A DNA stretch of 64,000 nt, taken from NCBI GenBank assembly GCA_963702845.1, contig OY969763.1:2336001-2400000 (forward strand), in the 5' to 3' direction. The notes below the pieces were generated by a model, which was not told the DNA's origin, did no database searches, and saw nothing but the letters and a program-made list of their open reading frames with translations. Origin of the DNA: an uncultured Verrucomicrobiae bacterium (GTDB lineage: Bacteria > Verrucomicrobiota > Verrucomicrobiia > Limisphaerales > Palsa-1400). Both the position numbers and the translations under genes were made by a program. Each line of letters begins with the position of its first letter. The first letter of the stretch is position 1. Below, in pieces: positions 57,737-64,000 of this stretch.

Positions 57737-58399
57737 GCGTTCGGGTATATCCGTCCTGACCACAGCCGTCAATTCTGACAAAAAACCGAAACGGGGTCAG
57801 TTTAAAACAACCGGCGCCCGACTGGGTGACCCCTTTTCTTTTGCTGTCTAGTGATTTTTGATCAAAGCCAAGACAAGCCCAGAAGAGGCTAAAAGACATA
57901 GCGCCCCGACAAAGCGAATATTGATGATATACACGTTTGATTGCATGAAATTTCTTATGACGGTTTTATTCCGAGTTGGACCGCAATCAAATACCCGTAT
58001 CGCGAACGATTGAACTTTTCGCGGAAAGCATTAAAAAGTAATTCCCAAACCAAGGAATACAAATAACGCAGCTAACGGTCCAAAGAGCTCCATAAAAGGG
58101 TTATTGCGATTGTTCGTCGCTCGATTTGAATTTCTCCACATTGAGATGCGGTCCAAGGAGATGGGGGTTTCCAAGGTCAAATCGCAGCGCAACGTGCTAA
58201 AGCGCTTTTATTTGCTGCGGCTGGCTAACACCAGACGAAAAGGGGTCAAACGCCAGCTCCGGGCGCGCACATCTTCCCCGGCCAACCGAATATTTTCTTC
58301 GAACACGGGTCAGTCCTAACTCTCTTTGACCCCTCTTTCGAGTTTCGTTGACACCGAGTATGGCGAGTTTGCATCATACTATCGAAGTTCTGTCGTCTT

Positions 58400-60175
58400 G
58401 TGAATTTACTCGGAAAAACTTTCGGAGTGATCGTCGGTTCCGTAGCGCTCGCGGCGGCGACGCTCGCGCAGCCTGCTAATGATAATTTCGCGCAGAGACT
58501 GACTATCATCGGCACTAATATTGCCGTTTCCGGCTCTCTTTCCAACGCGACCGCCGAAGTTGGCGAACTGCTTCTTCCGGGGATTTCCAGCGGCCAGACC
58601 GCTTGGTGGACTTGGACTGCTCCATCAAACGGCATCGTCAACCTTTCCGTTTCTGCCACTAATTTCAACCCACTGCTGACTGCTTACACCGGCACCGATA
58701 TTTCAACTCTTCTCCTCGTCGCGAGTAACAACTATCAAATCTGCTATGCTGACGGCGCATGCGGGTGTCACTGGCGCGAACGCGACGGCACGACTTTCCA
58801 CGTCGCTCGCGGAGAGTCGTATCAAATCGCCGTGGATTCCGCGATTTGGACGGATGCTTCGATGGGAGAGCTGAGCATACCCGTAACCAACGACGAAGGG
58901 GTCGTGGATGGAGATTTGATGTATTGGGGGCCAAGCTTCAACACAAACGTTAATCCCGGTGGTGATTTGACGATGCAATTGCAGTTCACCCCCACGCCAC
59001 GGAACGATGACTTTGAAAATCGTGTTGCACTGTTCGGATCGCAAACCCGAACGCAAACGTCAAACGCTGGTGCGACAAAACAAGCAGGCGAACCTAATCA
59101 TCTTGGAAATCCGGGCGGCAGTTCCGTTTGGTTTTCGTGGACGGCACCGGCATCAGGGCGAGTGACCTTGTCCACAAATAACATTCCGCCCTATTTGCCG
59201 CCGTCTTGGACCGATGGTAACGGCGTCGACGTCATTGATGTTAGTATTGGGCCGCCGAGTTGTGGAGAAGCCATTGACCAAAACCCCCCGCCTGTTTTCT
59301 ATCCACTTTTGGCCGCTTATACAGGCATTGCTGTCGATTCGCTCGCATCGGCAAATTGCTTACCAATGTCACTCGAGGCATATCCCCACGCCGTGGAGTT
59401 CGATGCAATCAAGGGACAAACCTATCCGATTGCATTCGATGGCAATATGGGAACAACCGGCGACTTAACCATGTATCTCGCGCTGACTCGACCCGCGGTT
59501 AACGATAATTTCAAAGATCGCGTTCACCTCCACGGCGTTTATATCGCGGCCAATGGATTCAACGCTGGCGCAACACATGAAAATGGCGAGCCAATTGCGA
59601 ACCGCTCTACCGGCAAAAGTGTTTGGTGGTCCTGGACCGCGCCGGTCACAGGCACGGTCACGGTTAATTTAACCGGGAGTGACTATTCATTTCCTCTTGC
59701 TGTTTTCACGGGAAACAGCGTCTCCGATCTTACCCAAATCGCGACCGGGCAAGGCAACGCGTCGTTCAATGCCACTCAAGGAAAGGTGTATCAAATCGGA
59801 GTTTATGATGCTGCCGGATTGACGGGCCAAATTAAATTTACACTGACCGCCCCTGTAATTGAGCTGCCCCTTCTGCGCAATCAGAGCGCAAGTTGGATGA
59901 GACTTCTTTCCTTCAGAGCATCACCGGGACAAGTCGCACTTTTGCAGACACAGCGGGCGAACCGTTGGTGTAATGTAGCTGTCGCTCAATCGCGTTCAAC
60001 CGTGGTTTGGTTTGCTCTCCCCCGGAATAGCGATATGGGTAACTCTTATCGTGCCGTTGTTATCGACTACAATTCCGCCGCAATGCCTCTCGGCCATACG
60101 TTCGTGTCTGTTGATCACGCCATTCAACAAGGCGAGATCAATGCCGGTTACTTTCCCCCCGTGCCGTCGCATTGA
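58400..60175 (+). CDS. Secreted protein with three P.ND.F / W.SWTAP..G beta-domain repeats
   Basis: Signal peptide; PANDNFA, PRNDDFE and PAVNDNFK each followed by W.[ST]WTAP. Confidence 0.8.
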   Translation: MNLLGKTFGVIVGSVALAAATLAQPANDNFAQRLTIIGTNIAVSGSLSNATAEVGELLLPGISSGQTAWWTWTAPSNGIVNLSVSATNFNPLLTAYTGTDISTLLLVASNNYQICYADGACGCHWRERDGTTFHVARGESYQIAVDSAIWTDASMGELSIPVTNDEGVVDGDLMYWGPSFNTNVNPGGDLTMQLQFTPTPRNDDFENRVALFGSQTRTQTSNAGATKQAGEPNHLGNPGGSSVWFSWTAPASGRVTLSTNNIPPYLPPSWTDGNGVDVIDVSIGPPSCGEAIDQNPPPVFYPLLAAYTGIAVDSLASANCLPMSLEAYPHAVEFDAIKGQTYPIAFDGNMGTTGDLTMYLALTRPAVNDNFKDRVHLHGVYIAANGFNAGATHENGEPIANRSTGKSVWWSWTAPVTGTVTVNLTGSDYSFPLAVFTGNSVSDLTQIATGQGNASFNATQGKVYQIGVYDAAGLTGQIKFTLTAPVIELPLLRNQSASWMRLLSFRASPGQVALLQTQRANRWCNVAVAQSRSTVVWFALPRNSDMGNSYRAVVIDYNSAAMPLGHTFVSVDHAIQQGEINAGYFPPVPSH

Positions 60176-60210
60176 TAAGGTCTGGAGCCATCATCGGCTA
60201 ATTCCTTAAG

Positions 60211-60241
60211 AAAAGGGGGCAGACCCGAATGGCCCCTTTTT
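60211..60241. terminator. Probable bidirectional intrinsic terminator
   Basis: AAAAGGGG...CCCCTTTTT between convergent genes. Confidence 0.7.
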
Positions 60242-60379
60242 CGTCGTCTGTTGTCTGTCGCGGCTTCCGCGATCACGAACCAATCGCAAGTTCGGCGGTG
60301 GGGAGTTGAATAGTGGGACGATGCGGAAATCGTTCCTACCATTTACCACGGTTGCGCTATTTGTGACAGCGACTATGTG

Positions 60380-62206
60380 CTACCTGAACTCCACGTCATC
60401 AATTTGGAAAACGAACTTTCCAGCGGGTTGGCCAGCGCCGAAGAAAAGGCCGGTGATGTCATGGCCGTCGAGTCCATCGAAATCGCGGAGTTTGAAAGTA
60501 AATTGCTTCCAGTCCGCGCCGGCTTTGAATTTTTGGATGGCAGGTGCAAACCCGCGACTCGTCGCAAAAAACATCACGTTGTAATTGCGTCCATCGCCTT
60601 TGGCCCAGAAACTCATTTCCTTTTTAGAACTAAGGTCAGCGGCGGCCATGGGATAGGAACCGGGAAAGAAAATCGCTCCAGACCAGGCATACGACAGGTC
60701 GCCGACAACAGTGCCTTTGATTTCGAGCGCGCCTTTGCTGTTGTGCGCGCCACCAGAGACGATGCGAAATTCGGACGTCGATTCTCCGCCGCGAAGTGCG
60801 TCAGTGGACCCTTGCCAACCGGAACCGAACTTCACGTCAGGTTCGGAACCCTCGAAGTCGCTGACTAATTTGGTTGAAGGTTGAGGGTTGAGCGTTGAGG
60901 GATTGGACGTGGATTCGTCAGACTTCGTTGTCGCGAATTTCTTGCGATATGTCGCGCGGTCGAGGGGGAAGCCTTCTTTCCAAACGCCGACGATGTGCCG
61001 CGTAGCGAGAATGTTTGCGGTGGGATCGCCGTCGACGAGCACAAGATCGGCGCGTTTGCCGACGGCGATTTGGCCACGGTCGTTCAGGTGAAAACAGCGC
61101 GCGGGAACCAACGTCGCGGCGGCGAGCGCTTCCGTTGGAGTGAGGCCGGCGTGAACGAGATTTTCAAGTTCCTGATGGAGGCTCGCGCCGTGTGCGGTGC
61201 CGGGGTTCGGGCAATCGGTTCCGGCAAGGATCGGGACTGAAGCCGACTTAAGTTGGCGCACGGCCTCCTCGGCAGCGGAGTAGTCGAGCCAGGTTGGAGT
61301 CCGCCATGGGAAAGTGCGCAGAAGTTGGGTTTTGTCACCAGCTGCGATGAACGGCCCAATGTTCGGGTCTTTCGCCAAAGCGTCGCCGCCGGATTGACCA
61401 GCGACACTGCGCAGAACGGCGAGGGTTGGGACGACGAAGGCGTGATGGTCTGCGACCAGTTTTGCGAATTGCGGATCGGGTTTGCGGTCCTGAAATAAGT
61501 GCGCGAGACCATCAGCGCCTGCTTCGATGGCGTCGCGAGCGTCTTGCAATGTTCCGATGTGAACGACGGCGAGTTTCTTGCGATTGTGCGCGGCTTCGAT
61601 AACGGCGTGGAGTGTTTCTTTGCTCAGCGTCGGAATGGTGATGTGATAAGCACTGCCGTTGTCGTAAACGATTTTGATGTAATCGGAGCCTTCCGCGATC
61701 CGCGCATCAACAAACGCCTGGGCATCGTCGGATGGGCGCAGCGTCGGAATTTTTCCGCCATATTCGGTGCCGTGACCGCGCGGTGCGGTCACGAGAATTC
61801 CAGCCGAACGCAAGTCGGCCAATTCCGAGGCGTGAGCACCCTTCAACTCGCGACGCATCTGCGAGAGAGAGTCGAGATCACAAAACATATCCAGCTCCGT
61901 CGTAACGCCGAACACCAGGGCCGCGCGCAGCGAATTGACGGAATGCGCGTGGGCGTGCGCATCGATCAAACCGGGCAGCAGTGTCTTGCCGGCGCCATCG
62001 ATAATTTCGGCATCGGCTGGAATTGGCCCGGTCCCAACAGAGCTGATCTGGCCGTTCTGGATGACAACGGTTGTTGGTGGAAGGGATTGGATGCCGTCAA
62101 AGACACGGACGTTTTTGAAAGCGATTGGGGCGGCGGTAGCGTTTGAGGCAGCAATTAGATAAACGAGCAAAAACGCTGCGATGGGTTTGGTGATCTTTGA
62201 TGGCAT
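60380..62206 (-). CDS. Secreted amidohydrolase fused to a CIA30/CBM11-like domain
   Basis: PGLIDAHAH, IKI, AGTD, GKRADLVLV; C-terminal SFWAKGDG..IDDVEF. Confidence 0.9.
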   Translation of the reverse strand: MPSKITKPIAAFLLVYLIAASNATAAPIAFKNVRVFDGIQSLPPTTVVIQNGQISSVGTGPIPADAEIIDGAGKTLLPGLIDAHAHAHSVNSLRAALVFGVTTELDMFCDLDSLSQMRRELKGAHASELADLRSAGILVTAPRGHGTEYGGKIPTLRPSDDAQAFVDARIAEGSDYIKIVYDNGSAYHITIPTLSKETLHAVIEAAHNRKKLAVVHIGTLQDARDAIEAGADGLAHLFQDRKPDPQFAKLVADHHAFVVPTLAVLRSVAGQSGGDALAKDPNIGPFIAAGDKTQLLRTFPWRTPTWLDYSAAEEAVRQLKSASVPILAGTDCPNPGTAHGASLHQELENLVHAGLTPTEALAAATLVPARCFHLNDRGQIAVGKRADLVLVDGDPTANILATRHIVGVWKEGFPLDRATYRKKFATTKSDESTSNPSTLNPQPSTKLVSDFEGSEPDVKFGSGWQGSTDALRGGESTSEFRIVSGGAHNSKGALEIKGTVVGDLSYAWSGAIFFPGSYPMAAADLSSKKEMSFWAKGDGRNYNVMFFATSRGFAPAIQKFKAGADWKQFTFKLRDFDGLDGHDITGLFFGAGQPAGKFVFQIDDVEFR

Positions 62207-62338
62207 CGAGTTAGAGTGGTCGAATTGGACGAAACGTGACAATAAAAGAAGGAATTCTTCGGTTTCAAAAAAAATGTCACGTTTTGGACTCGGGCGGCCA
62301 TAGATAAATGCAGGAAACGGATGACTGCAATCTTGCGG

Positions 62339-62416
62339 GAAAAAAACATGTAGCTTTTCCAGGTAACGGAATCAACATAACAGCCGTCCGTTGAATTCAA
62401 GAGGAGGGTAACGCAC
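62339..62416 (+). promoter_or_regulatory. Duplicated 5' leader, copy 1
   Basis: Shares AAAAACATGT, GGAATCAACATAACA, AATTCAA and GAGGAGGG blocks with 63091-63168. Confidence 0.75.
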
Positions 62417-63082
62417 ATGCAAGTAACGCAAAAAAACTTACGCCGATGCGGTTTTACTTTAATCGAGTTGCTGGTCGTTATTGCCATTATTGCGATCCTG
62501 GCAGGTTTGTTGTTACCGGTGCTGAGTCGGGCAAAAGAGAGTGCTCGAACCACCGATTGCCTCAGTCGCTTGAAGCAACTCGGGATAGCGATGCAGGTCT
62601 ATAGCGACGACAACAAACAGTTGTTGCCTGTGGCGCATGAAGTCGTGTTTTGGGGGAACCCAACTCCTTGCACTATTTGCAATACTAACGTCCAGGCGTG
62701 GCTTTTTACGCTGCTTCCGTACTTTCAAAACAGCAATCTCGTCTGCTGCCCATCGCTCTCGAAGCAATATCAACACTCGCGATTCAGCTATTTTATGGGA
62801 GCGCGTGCGGTATGGGTGCAGACCCAAAAACATGGCAGTGTGTCCGTGCCGCAGATGGCGTCGCCGTCGTGCTACATCCTGTCGGGAGATGCCAATGTGG
62901 ATACGAGGCCAGATGACGCTGATCCAGACGATTACGCCGTGGATGTCGCCTTTGGGAACAAATCTCCAGTGCACAATTCGCGGGAAAACATTCTCTTCGC
63001 CGATGGCCACGCAAAGACTTGCCCGAAGTTTGATGTTGGCGAGATGACCTATTTTTATGCGGCCACCAATGCTCCCTTTTGA
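62417..63082 (+). CDS. Prepilin-type N-terminal cleavage/methylation protein with H-X9-DG motif
   Basis: [36 protein letters not shown]. Confidence 0.92.
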   Translation: MQVTQKNLRRCGFTLIELLVVIAIIAILAGLLLPVLSRAKESARTTDCLSRLKQLGIAMQVYSDDNKQLLPVAHEVVFWGNPTPCTICNTNVQAWLFTLLPYFQNSNLVCCPSLSKQYQHSRFSYFMGARAVWVQTQKHGSVSVPQMASPSCYILSGDANVDTRPDDADPDDYAVDVAFGNKSPVHNSRENILFADGHAKTCPKFDVGEMTYFYAATNAPF

Positions 63083-63090
63083 GTGGGTAA

Positions 63091-63168
63091 GAAAAACATG
63101 TCGCTTTTTTCACAGTAAAGGAATCAACATAACACCGCTCGTTAAATTCAAAGAGGAGGGATACGCGA
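63091..63168 (+). promoter_or_regulatory. Duplicated 5' leader, copy 2
   Basis: Matches 62339-62416 in the same blocks and spacing. Confidence 0.75.
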
Positions 63169-63996
63169 ATGCAACAAACCCAAAATAGCTGTCGTCGAGC
63201 CGCTTTTACTTTAATTGAGTTGCTTGTCGTTATTGCCATTATTGCAATCCTGGCTTTCCTGCTGTTACCGGTCCTCGGAAGAGCCAAAGTGTTCGCACAA
63301 CGCAAAGCGTGCATGGCAAATTTAAAGTCACTGGCTCTTGGCAGTAAAATGTATGCCGACGATAACCGCGGCAAGCTGGTGGCAAGCTGGCCGTTGGGGT
63401 GGAGCAATTATCCGGTCAATCCATATTCATGGTGTCCAGGCTGGGGCTCGACGGCGCCGCAAGACCTGACCTATGGGCCATCTCCGGAATATAGCTGCAC
63501 GAACGTTTACGCTATCCAACACGGTGCGATCTTTTCTTATGTCCAAAACGCCAAAGCTTTTCGCTGCCCAACCGACCAACGGCTAAGCGACGGCGTCCCA
63601 TTGGTTCGCAGCTACTCGATGAATGCCTGGATGAACGGGCGTAGCTCGGATCCTTCTGGAAATTCCACAACGTTTTTAACACCGGATGACGATGGCGATC
63701 TGACCTATACGTTTTTTCGCAAAGAAAACCAATTAACCAGCCCGTCGAAGTTATGGCTCTTAATCGATGAAGACGATAAGACGATCAACGACTCAATGTT
63801 CATGGTTTTTATGGGGGCGAACAATTACATCTGGGACCAGCCTACGCGACGACATGGCAACAATTACGAATTGGTTTTCGCGGATACGCATGTTGAGCCT
63901 ATGACGCTTGTGAATGGGACATCTGACTGGACAGGAGCCCCGACCAACAGGGACTGGGAAAATCTCAAGTCTCTCACCACGATTCCTCAGCAATGA
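63169..63996 (+). CDS. Prepilin-type N-terminal cleavage/methylation protein (H-X9-DT variant)
   Basis: [36 protein letters not shown]. Confidence 0.92.
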   Translation: MQQTQNSCRRAAFTLIELLVVIAIIAILAFLLLPVLGRAKVFAQRKACMANLKSLALGSKMYADDNRGKLVASWPLGWSNYPVNPYSWCPGWGSTAPQDLTYGPSPEYSCTNVYAIQHGAIFSYVQNAKAFRCPTDQRLSDGVPLVRSYSMNAWMNGRSSDPSGNSTTFLTPDDDGDLTYTFFRKENQLTSPSKLWLLIDEDDKTINDSMFMVFMGANNYIWDQPTRRHGNNYELVFADTHVEPMTLVNGTSDWTGAPTNRDWENLKSLTTIPQQ

Positions 63997-64000
63997 AACA

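Overview
Bacterial chromosomal window, probably from a Verrucomicrobiota subdivision-3 (Pedosphaera-like) organism. That assignment is an inference from prepilin/H-X9-DG proteins, a VPDSG-CTERM-type sorting signal, a TIGR03790-like protein and secreted proteins ending in an FYRL/YYRV-type domain. About 45 CDS are supported, including miaB, fdhD, beta- and gamma-class carbonic anhydrase family genes, an MMPL/LolA-like export operon, an AsmA-like protein, an S53 peptidase, a Ser/Thr kinase, a REC-PAS-PP2C phosphatase and several large secreted modular proteins. No rRNA, tRNA, CRISPR array, transposase or integrase was recognised. The most unusual structure is non-coding. (1) A 14-unit, 21-bp-period palindromic array (10836-11129) ends 29 bp before an uncharacterised helical+Fn3-like gene. 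(2) A dispersed AT-rich element occurs at 10447-10507 (minus), 24627-24708, 25484-25596 and partially at 21993-22021, with the fuller copies directly in front of single accessory genes. One of those genes looks like an integron cassette (GTTGGGC start, attC lacking its last box). The copies are interleaved with two 3' fragments of a terminase-like gene and a duplicated 65-bp element. (3) Two intergenic deserts contain many different 10/11-bp tandem arrays. (4) An unannotated 55-aa ORF consists almost only of a signal peptide plus a VPDSG-CTERM-type anchor. All product calls come from motif recognition by eye; no database searches were run.
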